A stretch of 63,609 nucleotides of DNA, counting the filler, from Acidimicrobiia bacterium (lineage in GTDB: Bacteria > Actinomycetota > Acidimicrobiia > Spongiisociales > SHLN01), in the NCBI GenBank assembly GCA_041619515.1. It is 3 parts of 3 records of this genome, joined end to end, with 100 filler letters (N's around TTAATTAATTAA, not from the genome) between each part and the next. Parts side by side here need not be neighbours in the genome. Positions count along the whole stretch, not along the records: positions 25,291 to 49,314 come from JBFKDW010000044.1; 2 more parts are not named here. One strand, given 5' to 3'. Under the pieces are notes generated by a model. That model searched no databases. It had not been told where the DNA came from and was given only the letters and a program-made list of their open reading frames with translations. Made by a program: the position numbers and the translations under genes. Shown one piece after another: positions 38,935 to 48,828 of this stretch. Numbering within the stretch: position 1 is the first letter of the stretch; each line of letters starts with the position of its first letter.

Positions 38935-40533
38935 CTAGGCAAGCGCCACCAGATCCAGCATCGCCTGATCGAAGTAGGCGGCGGTGCCCTCCGGCATGAG
39001 GATGGCACGATCGATATCGACCCGGGCGACGAAGTCGGTGTCGTGGCTGACGAGGATGATGGTTCCCGGATAGTGGTGGAGCGCCTCGAGCAAGGCAGAC
39101 TGCGCCTGCGGATCGAGGTTGTTGGTCGGCTCGTCCAGCAACATCACATTGGGGCCGGCCAGAACCACCTGGCACAGTGCCAGCTTGGTCTTCTCCCCAC
39201 CCGATAGGGTCCCGGCGTCCTGGTCGACCTTGTCTGCGAGCAGGAAGTGACCCAGTACCGATCGCAGCGTCTGATCCGGCTCGTTCGATACCGCCTTGAC
39301 ATGCTCGAACACGGTTTGACCGCGGCGTATCTGCTCGTGTTCCTGTGCGTAGTAGCCGAGCCGGGCATTGTGGCCGACCACGACCTCGCCGAGGTCGGGC
39401 GCGTCGACGCCCGCCAGAATGCGCAGCAGCGTCGTCTTGCCCGCCCCGTTGAGACCCATGATGAGGATGCGCTGTCCCCGCTCGGCATAGACGTCCACGT
39501 CGAGGAACACCACGTTGTCTCCGAACGCTCTTCCAAGGCCCTTGCCCTCCAGCGGGATCCGCCCGGACGGCTCCGGCATCGGGAACCGGACCGACACGTT
39601 CTTTCCCAGTTTCGAGACTTCCGTGAGCTCGCTGCGCATCCTCTCCACCCTGGTCTCCCAGGAGCGGGCGCGTTTGGCCATCTTCTCGGTCGTCCCCTTG
39701 AAGCGTCGGATGCCTTCCTCGAGGCGGGCGATCTTCTCGTCCTGATGCTTGCGCTCTCGGATACGCTGCTGGCGCCTGCGGTCGCGTTCGGCCAGGTAGT
39801 AGCCGTAATTGCCGCGGTACGGCTCGAGCTTGCCGTCGTCGATCGCCAGAACCGAGGTGATCGACTCGTCGAGCAGCTCGAGGTCGTGGCTCACGACCAG
39901 GAGCCCGCCGGAGTATGCGGCCAGCCATTCCATCAGCCACGCCTTGGCGTCGAGGTCGATGTGGTTGGTCGGCTCGTCGAGGAGAAGCGTGTCGGTCTCT
40001 TGAAACAGGACCCGGGCGAGCTCGACCCTTCGGCGCTGTCCCCCCGACATGGTGGCGACCGGCTGATCCAAGTCGGCGGTCGCAATGCCGACCGAGGCGG
40101 CGAACTTCTTCGCTTCGGCGATGGCGGCGTACCCACCCCGGGTCTCGAACTCGAGGCGCAGCCGGTCGTAGCGCCGGATGAGCCGGTTTCGGGCCTCGCC
40201 GACTTCGACGCCCATCTTGCGCCGCACTTCCTCGATCTCCACTTCCAGGCTGCCGATGTCGCGAGCCGTCAGAACTCGCTCGAGGGCCGACAGAGCGGGG
40301 TTGTCGAGCTCGGGGAGGGCCGACTCCTGCGAGAGATATCCGACGATGCCCGAGCGGGCGAGATGCCCCGCCGTCGGGTTCAGCTCACCGGCGAGGGTTC
40401 GCATCAGCGTGGTCTTGCCGGCGCCGTTCCTTCCCACCAGACCGACCTTGTCGCCGGGTTGGAGGTTGAGCGAGGCCCCGGAGACGAGGGTCCGGACGCC
40501 GGCCTCGATGGTGAGGTCACGGGCAAGAATCAC
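38935..40533 (-). CDS. ABC-F family ATPase
   Basis: two NBDs (GRNGAGKTT/MSGGQ/LLDEPTN and GLNGAGKTT/LSGGE/LLDEPTN), no TM helices. Confidence 0.93.
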   Translation of the reverse strand: MILARDLTIEAGVRTLVSGASLNLQPGDKVGLVGRNGAGKTTLMRTLAGELNPTAGHLARSGIVGYLSQESALPELDNPALSALERVLTARDIGSLEVEIEEVRRKMGVEVGEARNRLIRRYDRLRLEFETRGGYAAIAEAKKFAASVGIATADLDQPVATMSGGQRRRVELARVLFQETDTLLLDEPTNHIDLDAKAWLMEWLAAYSGGLLVVSHDLELLDESITSVLAIDDGKLEPYRGNYGYYLAERDRRRQQRIRERKHQDEKIARLEEGIRRFKGTTEKMAKRARSWETRVERMRSELTEVSKLGKNVSVRFPMPEPSGRIPLEGKGLGRAFGDNVVFLDVDVYAERGQRILIMGLNGAGKTTLLRILAGVDAPDLGEVVVGHNARLGYYAQEHEQIRRGQTVFEHVKAVSNEPDQTLRSVLGHFLLADKVDQDAGTLSGGEKTKLALCQVVLAGPNVMLLDEPTNNLDPQAQSALLEALHHYPGTIILVSHDTDFVARVDIDRAILMPEGTAAYFDQAMLDLVALA

Positions 40534-40583
40534 GCCGCTACCGTAGCGGAGGGCCTCCCGTTCGGAGCGCCGCCCGGCCGTTC

Positions 40584-42155
40584 TCAGTATCCCGACGCCG
40601 GGTTGTGGCACTGGGTGCACTTCACGGTCTTCCAGACGCCGCCGATGTTGGCGGGATGCTCGAACTCCAGGCCGGCGAGGTCGTCCTCGAGCGCTGTCAG
40701 GTCGTCGGTGGGACCCTGGGCGACGATGGCGTGACAGCTCTCGCAGTCGGCGGAGATCGTGAGACCGGTCTCGGTTTGCAGGTCGTTGTTGTGGCAGCGG
40801 AAGCATCCGTCGTTGACGAAGTGGCTGAGGTTGTTGGTGCGGGCCCGGTAATCGGTCTTCAACTCGGGGAAGAAGTTGTTCTCGTAAACGCGCTGGAGAG
40901 CAGCCGTCGCTTCGTCGATCTTGTCTGCCAGCTCGGCAGCCCGCTCGGGATACTGATCGGCGTAGAACCCGGCTACTCCGACGGCAATGGAATTGATCCC
41001 CTGCTCCTGGGTCTCGTAGTCGGCGTTGAGGAGCCCGAGGCCGATGCTGCGAATGAAGGGAAGGTCCCGAGAGATGGCGCCCCGCGTGATCTCGAGGTTC
41101 ATCGCCGTTGCCGGAGGCTGGAACGAGTGGCTGGGTCGGTTGTGACAATCCATGCAGTCGAAGAGCCGCACCTCGGTATCCGGGTCGGCGGGGTCGGGTA
41201 TGTCGGCATCGGGATCGGCGTACACGGTCACGTCGCCGGTTGTGGTGTCGGTGACCCGCACCCAGGGGATCTCCTGTCGCCGGTCGTCGGCCGCGATGTA
41301 CTCGACGTCGACGGCGCTGAGCATGTGCCAGTGGATGCCCTCGAGCTCACCGGTGCGGGGGTTGCCGCCGCCGACGTTCACGAGGAGGCTGATGGTCCAC
41401 GGGGAGCTGGCCTCATCGGTCCGGTAATAGGTGCGGTTGGTCAGTTTCTGCCCGAAGAACTGCTCCGGCCAGTGGCAGCCCTCACAGGTTTGCTGGGCGG
41501 GTCGCAGGCTCTCGACCGGGGTGTGGATGGGCCGGTCGTAGCTGTTGGTGGCTGTTGCCACCAGCTGGCGAATGCCGTCGATCTTCGACCTGACCCAGAA
41601 CGATCCCCCCGGCCCGATGTGGCAATCAACGCACGGTACCCGAGCGTGCGGACCGTTGGCATAGGTCACATTCTGCGGATCCATGACATGGCACGATTCA
41701 CCACAGAACGAGACCGAGTCCGTTGCTTCGTAGGCCTTGAACCCGCTCCATCCGACCACCGACACGAAGAGCCCGGTCAGGGCGAGGAAGACCCACAGGT
41801 TACGCATGTAGCGGGGGTCGGACGGCTCGACCTTGAGCACGAAGTGAATGTCCTCTCCGAGTCGCCGGGCCTTCCGAACCTGGATACGGGCCGCAATCAG
41901 AAACAGGATGACTCCGAGGGTGAAGATGGCGGGGGCGCCCACAAAGGTGACGAGAGACCGGTACGGGTTCTCGACATCGCTGGCGATGTCGACGGCGGAG
42001 AGCACCACGAACGCGAAGGCGCCGGTGGCGATGAGGGCACCGCCCACTGCCGCCAGGGGGTGACGGTAGAGGGACCGTCGCTCCCGCTCATCGGTGCCTA
42101 TGGGGGCATCACCGGGCCGGCCCACGCCGGGACCATCGTCACCTGAGTCGCTCAC
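40584..42155 (-). CDS. membrane-anchored NapC/NirT-domain heptaheme cytochrome c (ImcH-like)
   Basis: 3 N-terminal TMs; CGESCH (CX3CH) plus CVDCH, CEGCH, CMDCH, CFRCH, CESCH, CTQCH. Confidence 0.88.
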   Translation of the reverse strand: MSDSGDDGPGVGRPGDAPIGTDERERRSLYRHPLAAVGGALIATGAFAFVVLSAVDIASDVENPYRSLVTFVGAPAIFTLGVILFLIAARIQVRKARRLGEDIHFVLKVEPSDPRYMRNLWVFLALTGLFVSVVGWSGFKAYEATDSVSFCGESCHVMDPQNVTYANGPHARVPCVDCHIGPGGSFWVRSKIDGIRQLVATATNSYDRPIHTPVESLRPAQQTCEGCHWPEQFFGQKLTNRTYYRTDEASSPWTISLLVNVGGGNPRTGELEGIHWHMLSAVDVEYIAADDRRQEIPWVRVTDTTTGDVTVYADPDADIPDPADPDTEVRLFDCMDCHNRPSHSFQPPATAMNLEITRGAISRDLPFIRSIGLGLLNADYETQEQGINSIAVGVAGFYADQYPERAAELADKIDEATAALQRVYENNFFPELKTDYRARTNNLSHFVNDGCFRCHNNDLQTETGLTISADCESCHAIVAQGPTDDLTALEDDLAGLEFEHPANIGGVWKTVKCTQCHNPASGY

Positions 42156-42257
42156 CGTGACCTCACTTCTTATGCGACCGTAACGGTTGACGGGGCCGCT
42201 GGGCTAGGGCCGAGATGCCCCCTGCGTTGGGACGGCTGCGGAGGACGCCCCGGCGGG

Positions 42258-43445
42258 TCACCGCTCGGCGGCACCGCCATCTATCCACGCCCTGACGAGA
42301 CCGAGATCGGCCTCGGACAGAAGCACCGGATGGCTGCCCGATTCCATGATCTGGACGATGCGGCTGGCACCCGAATCGCCGGGCACGATCACCGCCCCGT
42401 CGTCGCCTCCGGCGAGGGCCGACGCGTAGGTCGAGAGGTCGAGCCCGCCCGACTGGAGGTTGGCCCCGTGGCACCCGGTACACGTCGGGTTGAAGAGCGC
42501 CGCCACCTCCCCATCCCAGGTGCCGCCCCCGGTGATGGTTGTGGTTGGTCCGGACGAAGTGGTCGTGGTCGTCGGTGCCGTTGTGGATGTCGTCGGCGGG
42601 AGCGTTTCTACGGGCGCGAAGACCCGGACCTGCTCGGGCGGGGCGATGGTCGCAATGTTGGTGTGCTCAAAGGTCACGAACAAGTACACACCTGCCAGCA
42701 GCACGACGGAGAGACCTGCGTAGGCGGGACCGAACCGCATCAGGCGCCGCCGCTGTTCCTCGGGCGGCGGCAGCGGGTGGGCGTCCGCATCGATGGCGGC
42801 GAGTTCCAGCGGGTGGAAGTCCTCCATCTCACGGCGCGACAGGACGCCGGAGAACATGCTCTTGTTGAAATGGGCGAAATGAACGTGGTAGGTGTGCCAC
42901 ACGATGACGGCGAGGACCGCCAGGGTGGCCTCGCCTCCGTGAATGACCTTGGCGGTCGGCACCAGCTCTCCCGGCAGGACGCGGGTGGTCGCAATCGGGT
43001 TCCACAACATGTATCCGGTGATCACCATGACAACCGTGCCCCACACAAAGGACCAGTACTCCACTTTCTCTTCCCAGGTGAAGCGGCCCTGGGCCGGCGG
43101 TCGCTCGCCGCGCCCGAAGGCGTATTTGAGCGATCCCCGGAGGGCTTTCACATCGGCTGCGCCCGGGATCATCGTGCGCGGCCGTCGCAGAACGAACTTG
43201 CGATAGCCGGCCGACCCGAAGTGGTAGACGACGGCGATCATGAGCACAGTGGCAAACACCCGGTGAAGGTCGCGCACCATTTCGATGCCGCCCATCGCAT
43301 CGATGAGCGCCTCCGATACCCAGGCACCGTCGTAGCGCTGAACCAGCCCGGTGAGAGCCAGAACGACGAAAGCGACCATCTGTACCCAGTGCTCGAGCCG
43401 ATCAGATGCGGAGAAACGACGGATCTCGTCGGCGCCGGCTGTCAT
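42258..43445 (-). CDS. FdnI/HydC-type cytochrome b fused to a C-terminal monoheme cytochrome c
   Basis: TM His residues RLEHW, DLHR, VIHG, VWH; RFTWEEKVEYW; Thr-rich linker; CTGCH. Confidence 0.88.
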   Translation of the reverse strand: MTAGADEIRRFSASDRLEHWVQMVAFVVLALTGLVQRYDGAWVSEALIDAMGGIEMVRDLHRVFATVLMIAVVYHFGSAGYRKFVLRRPRTMIPGAADVKALRGSLKYAFGRGERPPAQGRFTWEEKVEYWSFVWGTVVMVITGYMLWNPIATTRVLPGELVPTAKVIHGGEATLAVLAVIVWHTYHVHFAHFNKSMFSGVLSRREMEDFHPLELAAIDADAHPLPPPEEQRRRLMRFGPAYAGLSVVLLAGVYLFVTFEHTNIATIAPPEQVRVFAPVETLPPTTSTTAPTTTTTSSGPTTTITGGGTWDGEVAALFNPTCTGCHGANLQSGGLDLSTYASALAGGDDGAVIVPGDSGASRIVQIMESGSHPVLLSEADLGLVRAWIDGGAAER

Positions 43446-44608
43446 GCGGCCACTGCCCGGGCCGAGCGCCGTTTTCTCACCGCCAGCGCGATCAGGTACA
43501 GCACCATGGCGCCGATGACCGTCGGGATGAGAATGCGGTAGGCCCAGCCCGCCAGCCAGACGAGGGTCGCCTTCCCCGGTTCGGGTGAGTAGTGGCTCAG
43601 CCAGGCGGCCGAGAAATTCTCGGTGGCGTCCGGGTGACACCGCTGGCAAGTCTGGAGGAGATTGGCCTGGAACACCGTGCCTTCCGGGTCATCGGTCCCG
43701 CGGATGGCGTGGACGCCGTGACAGTCGATGCACACCGGCTTGTTGGTCTCTTGATCGGGCGCCAGGTCCTCGAAGAGAATCACCGTCGATCCGTGGAAGT
43801 CGGCCACGTAGGATTCGAGGACGTTGGTGCTGAGGCCGTAGGGAGCCATCAACTCGCTGTCGGTATGGCAGTCGGCGCAGATCTGCGGCGAGAACAGGTG
43901 GAAGGGTGAGTCGGTGGGCCCTTCCACGCTGTGAACTCCGTGGCAATCGGTGCAGGTAGGGACGTCCCGATTGTCGGCGTTGAGCGCCTCGCCGTGGACA
44001 CTCTGTTCGTAGAGGTCGTAGATCTCCGAATGGCACTGGCGGCAGGTGAGAGGGACTTCGGCGCTGTGCGCCACCGGCTTGGCGGTGTCGTGGGCGCCAT
44101 GGCAATCGGTGCACACGGCCGCTGCCGTTTGCCCGTCCGCCAGCGCTGCCGAGTGCACGTTGTCGACGGCTTCGGTGTACTGGTCGAGATGGCAGCCCTT
44201 GCAGGCATCGGCCCGCTCGATCGTGAACGCCCTGGCGTCGAGTGAACTGATCGGATGATGAGGGAACGGCGTGATGTCGGTGTGGCAGAGGGCGCAGGGA
44301 ATCTGGTACGAACCGTGCACCGAGGACTCGAAGGCAGGAATGTCGAAGGTGAGGTCGAGGATCTCCCCACTGGGAAGCGTGGTCTGCATCCCCTCCTGGG
44401 CGTGACAGCCGAGGCAGTACTCGTTGTCGAAGCGGATATCGTCGGGCGGCTGATCCTGGGCGGGAGCGGCACCCACTCCCAGCCCCAAGAGCACGAGGAA
44501 GCCGATGCCGGCTGCTGCCGCCACACGTGCGATCGACGCAGCCGCCCGCCGGCCGCCGTCCACCGGCGGAAGCGGGCCGTGGTCGTCGCCGACGCGTGTT
44601 CCTATCAC
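43442..44608 (-). CDS. nonaheme cytochrome c with C-terminal TM helix
   Basis: nine CxxCH (CLGCH, CALCH, CKGCH, CTDCH, CRQCH, CTDCH, CADCH, CIDCH, CQRCH); ATGA overlap with the cytochrome b gene. Confidence 0.9.
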   Translation of the reverse strand: MIGTRVGDDHGPLPPVDGGRRAAASIARVAAAAGIGFLVLLGLGVGAAPAQDQPPDDIRFDNEYCLGCHAQEGMQTTLPSGEILDLTFDIPAFESSVHGSYQIPCALCHTDITPFPHHPISSLDARAFTIERADACKGCHLDQYTEAVDNVHSAALADGQTAAAVCTDCHGAHDTAKPVAHSAEVPLTCRQCHSEIYDLYEQSVHGEALNADNRDVPTCTDCHGVHSVEGPTDSPFHLFSPQICADCHTDSELMAPYGLSTNVLESYVADFHGSTVILFEDLAPDQETNKPVCIDCHGVHAIRGTDDPEGTVFQANLLQTCQRCHPDATENFSAAWLSHYSPEPGKATLVWLAGWAYRILIPTVIGAMVLYLIALAVRKRRSARAVAA

Positions 44609-44704
44609 ACATCGAACGTACCGAGCAGGTTCGCAGGCGATTAGGGCCGGGAGGCCTCATCAGCATGGGACCTGCGGGCCGCCGATTGGGCTCAGCCAAT
44701 CGGC

Positions 44705-44977
44705 CGTCTGGTCGGCACGGGCCCCACGGTGCGAAGGAGGGCAGACCGGCGTCTGTTCGGCCCGGGACACAAGTCGGCGCGCGAGCACGGCCGCCGTGGG
44801 GCAGGGGCCCCACCTTGCGGAGGAGGGCCGACCGGCGTCTGTACGGCACGGGCGAAGCCCGCACCCAAGTCGGCCCGGAAAGACGCGACCGCCGTGGGGC
44901 AGGGGCCCCACGTTGCGGAGGAGGGCCGACCGGCGTCTGTTCGGCACGGGCGAAGCCCGGGCCGAAGTCGGCCCGGG
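44705..44977. repeat. tandem palindromic (REP-like) repeat, about 3 units
   Basis: about 70-bp near-identical units starting at 44791 and 44889 (98-bp period), plus a degenerate copy at about 44719-44761; hairpins GTGGGGC-aggg-GCCCCAC and CGGGC-gaa-GCCCG. Confidence 0.85.
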
Positions 44978-44987
44978 CTACAACGCG

Positions 44988-45337
44988 TGGAGGTGCGGGG
45001 ATTCGAACCCCGGTCCTCTGAAGTTTCAGCGCCGGCATCTCCGAGCGCAGCCGACAGCGAGTTTGTCGGGCCTCGGGACTCTGTCAGCAAGTTTCCCTCG
45101 GCCGTATCCGGAGTTGTTCTTTCCCCTCCGGTCCCGGACCCCGGTGGGGGCATCCTGCGTTGCGACGCCCTGTCCCGGCGAGGCAGGCACCCACCGGGAG
45201 GACGGGCTACTTAATTAGGCAGCCAGTGCGAAGTTGTCTTCGGCACTTATTTGTTTCCCGGCTCTTTAACGAGGACTCCGGGGACCTCGGCTCGCTTCCG
45301 ACGCCTCAACCTTCAAAGTCGAAGCCAGTTCACCCCC
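44988..45337 (-). ncRNA. ssrA: tmRNA; tag peptide (A)AEDNFALAA at 45244-45215
   Basis: 5' GGGGGTGAACTGGCTTCGAC and 3' GGTTCGAATCCCCGCACCTCCA with G3-U wobble; tag ends in ALAA; downstream of smpB. Confidence 0.95.
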
Positions 45338-45460
45338 AGGGGTGGCTCCGTGTGGAGCGCCCACCGGCGCAGCGCACGCAGCGCCGTACCGAATGGACCT
45401 GATAAGGGTAACGGTTGTTCGGCACAACATCTTCCGGTTTGTTGGGCCCCGAGACGCGGC

Positions 45461-45913
45461 CTAGCGGCGCCCGCGCCTGGCACGGTCCATCTCACGCTCT
45501 TGCTCGCGCTTCTTGATGCTCTGGCGCTTGTCGAGCGTGCGTTTCCCTTTGCCGAGGGCAAGCTCGACCTTGGCGCGCCCATTCGTGAAATACACGCGGG
45601 TGGGAACCAGCGTGAGGCTTTGTTCACGAAGCTTCTCCACGATGCGCTGGATCTCCCGCTTGTGGAGCAGCAGCTTGCGGGGCCTGGCCGGCTCATGGCC
45701 CCCGTCGCGGGCGAAGCTGTAAGGGGGAATGTTCATCGACTCCAGCCACAGCTCTCCATCCCGCTCGAACGCGTACGCCTCATTGATCGATGCCTTGCCG
45801 GCTCGCAGGCTCTTCACTTCAGAGCCGAGCAAGACCATCCCCGCCTCGTAGGTGTCGAGGATCTCGTAGTCGAATTTGGCCCGCCGGTTGGAGGCCACGA
45901 CCCGGTGGCTCAC
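45461..45913 (-). CDS. smpB: SsrA-binding protein
   Basis: NRRAKFDY, EAGMVLLGSEVKSLR, RKLLLHKREI, DKRQ. Confidence 0.97.
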   Translation of the reverse strand: MSHRVVASNRRAKFDYEILDTYEAGMVLLGSEVKSLRAGKASINEAYAFERDGELWLESMNIPPYSFARDGGHEPARPRKLLLHKREIQRIVEKLREQSLTLVPTRVYFTNGRAKVELALGKGKRTLDKRQSIKKREQEREMDRARRGRR

Positions 45914-47100
45914 GAGAAGTAGGGAGCCGGATCCGTGTGGGCGCCGTTGATGCGAACTTCGAAGTGAAGGTGGGGCCCGGTGGAAAGCCCGGTGCTGCCG
46001 ACATACCCGATGAGGTCGGCCAGTTTCACCTCGTCGCCGGTGGAGACAACCAGTTGCGACTGGTGGGCATAGAGGGTGGCCATGCCACCACCGTGGTCGA
46101 TGATGACCGTGTTCCCGTAGCCGCCGCGATAGCCGGCGTATATCACCCGGCCGCCGGCGGCGGCCACGATCGGGTCACCAGAGTTGCCGTCGATGTCGAC
46201 GCCGGTGTGGACCTTGGTGTAGCCGAGGATGGGATGCAGGCGCGGACCGTAGCCGGAGACGATCCGACCGTTCTCGATCGGTGGCCACAGCTCCCCGGGG
46301 GCGATCCCTCCTCGATTCTGCTCCCGCGCCAGCAGCTCCAACAGCCGCTCCTGCTCGGCTTCGAGGTCCTCCAACTCGTTCTCGAAGAAGGCGACCTCGT
46401 TCTTGACGGCTTGTAACAACGCGCGCTGGTTGATCAGCTCACCCTCGACCTGCTGGCGATTCTCTTCGACGATCTGACGCTGGGTCATCGCTTGCTGCTG
46501 GGCACCATCCAGGCGGCTCAGATGGCCGTTGAGGGTCGCCTTCTGCTCCTCGATGAGCTCCACCTGTTGCTCTTCTTGCCGGCGCAGCTCCTCGAGAACA
46601 CCGAGCGCTTCGTTGGTGTCGGCGATGACCGATGATCCGTACTTGACCGCGACCGCCGCGTCCTGGACGCTCGTGTAGTCGAAGGCGGCCTGGATCTGGC
46701 CACCCCCCCGCTTGAAGAGCTCAACGGCCTGGGCGACTACCTTCTCGTGTGTGGATGCGATGTTGGCGGCCGTCAACGCAAGCTCCGCCTCCTTCTGAGA
46801 GATCTCCAGCTCTGTGAACGAAATGGCGGCCCGGGTTTCGCTGATGGCCAGATCGAGATCGGCCAGCACCGCCTCGGCCGCATCGAGCTGGCCGAGCACA
46901 TCTCTCATTCGGGCCGAGGTGGCTGAGATCTCATTGAGCCAGAACGAGACGTCGCCCTCGGCGTTCTCCATTTCTTGCTGGATCCGCTCGATCTCTCGCG
47001 CCGTGTCCTCGAGATCGTCCCTGACGGCATTCTGTGCGAACACCGGGCTCCCGGAGATGACCAGCAGCACGCCGACACCGAGGATGCCGAGGCGCCTCAC
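45910..47100 (-). CDS. coiled-coil M23 peptidase (EnvC-like FtsEX partner)
   Basis: signal peptide, long coiled coil, HTGVD and TGPHLHFE; follows ftsX with a GTGA overlap. Confidence 0.9.
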   Translation of the reverse strand: MRRLGILGVGVLLVISGSPVFAQNAVRDDLEDTAREIERIQQEMENAEGDVSFWLNEISATSARMRDVLGQLDAAEAVLADLDLAISETRAAISFTELEISQKEAELALTAANIASTHEKVVAQAVELFKRGGGQIQAAFDYTSVQDAAVAVKYGSSVIADTNEALGVLEELRRQEEQQVELIEEQKATLNGHLSRLDGAQQQAMTQRQIVEENRQQVEGELINQRALLQAVKNEVAFFENELEDLEAEQERLLELLAREQNRGGIAPGELWPPIENGRIVSGYGPRLHPILGYTKVHTGVDIDGNSGDPIVAAAGGRVIYAGYRGGYGNTVIIDHGGGMATLYAHQSQLVVSTGDEVKLADLIGYVGSTGLSTGPHLHFEVRINGAHTDPAPYFS

Positions 47101-47969
47101 CGGGACTCCTGTAGGTGCCGGCGGAGACCCACCAGGCTGCCGACGGCGCCGGCGGCGGCTCCGAAGGCAAGCACGATGATTCCCCGGCTGATGAGAAACG
47201 ACTCGGCCACCTCGGTTTCGATGACGCCGAGGTCGAGGTTCGATATGAACCACCGATAGCCAAACCAGCCGGCTAGCACGGCCAGGCCTCCCCCGATGAG
47301 CCCTTCCACGAGCCCCTCGAGGAGAAAGGGCGTGCGCACGAACCAGTTCGACGCCCCCACCAGCTTCATGATCCCGATCTCCTCGCGGCGGGCGTAGATG
47401 GCCATCCTGACCGTATTGGAGATCATGACGACGGCCGACAGGCCGAGGGCGACACCCAGCACGATGCCGGCCGTGTTGAGGATGCGAGACGCCTCGAGTG
47501 TGTCCTCCACGGCCTGGGAGGCTTCGATGACCTCGTCGACACCGACGATGCCGCTGAGGCGCAAGACCACCGCCTCGTGGGTCTCGTTGTCGGCCAACTC
47601 GACTCTCACCGAGGCGGGCATGGAGTTGGGATCCACCTCGCGCACGAGGGCGGGGTTGGAGGCGAACAGTTCCTGGAACTCTTGAAAGGCTTCCGCCTTG
47701 CCGACGTACTGGGCGCGCTTGACCTCGCTCCAGCTCGCCACCTCGTTGGTGATGAGCGTATGGTCGGCGAGATCGGAGCCATCCAGCCAGGCGATGATCG
47801 TGATCCCCTCCTGCCAGCGGGCCGCCGAATTGCGGCCGACCTCGTTGACGACGAGCGCCATGTAGGTCATGAAGAGCGACACGAACACTGCCAGGATCGC
47901 CCCGAGCACCAGCAACACGTTGCGGCGCAGGTTGGTGGCCGCCTCGCCGATGACGTACTCAGCCCTCAT
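47097..47969 (-). CDS. ftsX: cell division permease FtsX
   Basis: [37 protein letters not shown]. Confidence 0.94.
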   Translation of the reverse strand: MRAEYVIGEAATNLRRNVLLVLGAILAVFVSLFMTYMALVVNEVGRNSAARWQEGITIIAWLDGSDLADHTLITNEVASWSEVKRAQYVGKAEAFQEFQELFASNPALVREVDPNSMPASVRVELADNETHEAVVLRLSGIVGVDEVIEASQAVEDTLEASRILNTAGIVLGVALGLSAVVMISNTVRMAIYARREEIGIMKLVGASNWFVRTPFLLEGLVEGLIGGGLAVLAGWFGYRWFISNLDLGVIETEVAESFLISRGIIVLAFGAAAGAVGSLVGLRRHLQESR

Positions 47970-48777
47970 CGGGCTCCCCAGGAGCCACCACCGCGCTTTC
48001 GGCGGGCTCCCCCGGCGACGGCGCCGGCGGCTCACCGTTGGCTTGCACGCGGGAGGGCCCGTTTGGAGAAGTTGCCGCCACATCCGGTGCCGGTGCCGGG
48101 CCTTCGTACACACCGCGAGACTCATCGCGCACAATCCGGCCCCGCTCCAGCTGCATGACGCGCCGGCGCATCGCATCGACGATGGCATGGTCGTGGGTGG
48201 CCATGACCACCGTCGTCCCCGTCCGGTTGATCCGGTCGAGCAGACGCATGATTCCCACCGAAGTGGCGGGGTCGAGGTTCCCGGTGGGCTCGTCGGCCAG
48301 GAGAATCAGCGGGCGGTTGACGAACGCGCGTGCGATGGAAACCCGCTGTTGCTCACCGCCGGATAGCTGGCGCGGGAAACGCTCCGACTTCGAAGAGAGC
48401 CCGACCAGCTTCAGCACCTTGGGCACCTGCTGAGCGACCATTCCCCGGGGCCGCCCGATCACTTCGAGGGCAAACGCCACGTTCTGGAATACCGTCTTGT
48501 TGGGGAGCAGCTTGAAGTCCTGGAACACGGTCCCCACGGACCGCCGCAGGTAGGGAACCTTCCAATCCGGGAGCTCGGCGATATTGCGCCCCGCCACCCA
48601 TATCTCACCGTCGGTGGGCTTCTCCTCACGCATGAGGAGACGGATGAGCGTCGACTTGCCCGACCCCGAGGGCCCGACGAGGAAGACGAACTCGCCTTTC
48701 TGAATGGTGGCGCTGGCCTCACGGATTGCGACGGTCGAGCCGTCGTAGACCTTCGTGACGCCTTGCAAGCGAATCAT
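47959..48777 (-). CDS. ftsE: cell division ATP-binding protein FtsE
   Basis: [35 protein letters not shown]; Pro-rich C-terminal tail. Confidence 0.95.
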   Translation of the reverse strand: MIRLQGVTKVYDGSTVAIREASATIQKGEFVFLVGPSGSGKSTLIRLLMREEKPTDGEIWVAGRNIAELPDWKVPYLRRSVGTVFQDFKLLPNKTVFQNVAFALEVIGRPRGMVAQQVPKVLKLVGLSSKSERFPRQLSGGEQQRVSIARAFVNRPLILLADEPTGNLDPATSVGIMRLLDRINRTGTTVVMATHDHAIVDAMRRRVMQLERGRIVRDESRGVYEGPAPAPDVAATSPNGPSRVQANGEPPAPSPGEPAESAVVAPGEPDEG

Positions 48778-48828
48778 TGAATGACTCCAGAGGAGGGCTG
48801 CCGGGATCGGCTCAGAAATCGTACCAGT

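Noticed and set aside
44705..44977. CRISPR array
   Set aside because: Units are about 70 bp, the intervening segments resemble each other (AAGTCGGC), there are only about 3 copies, and no cas genes are present.
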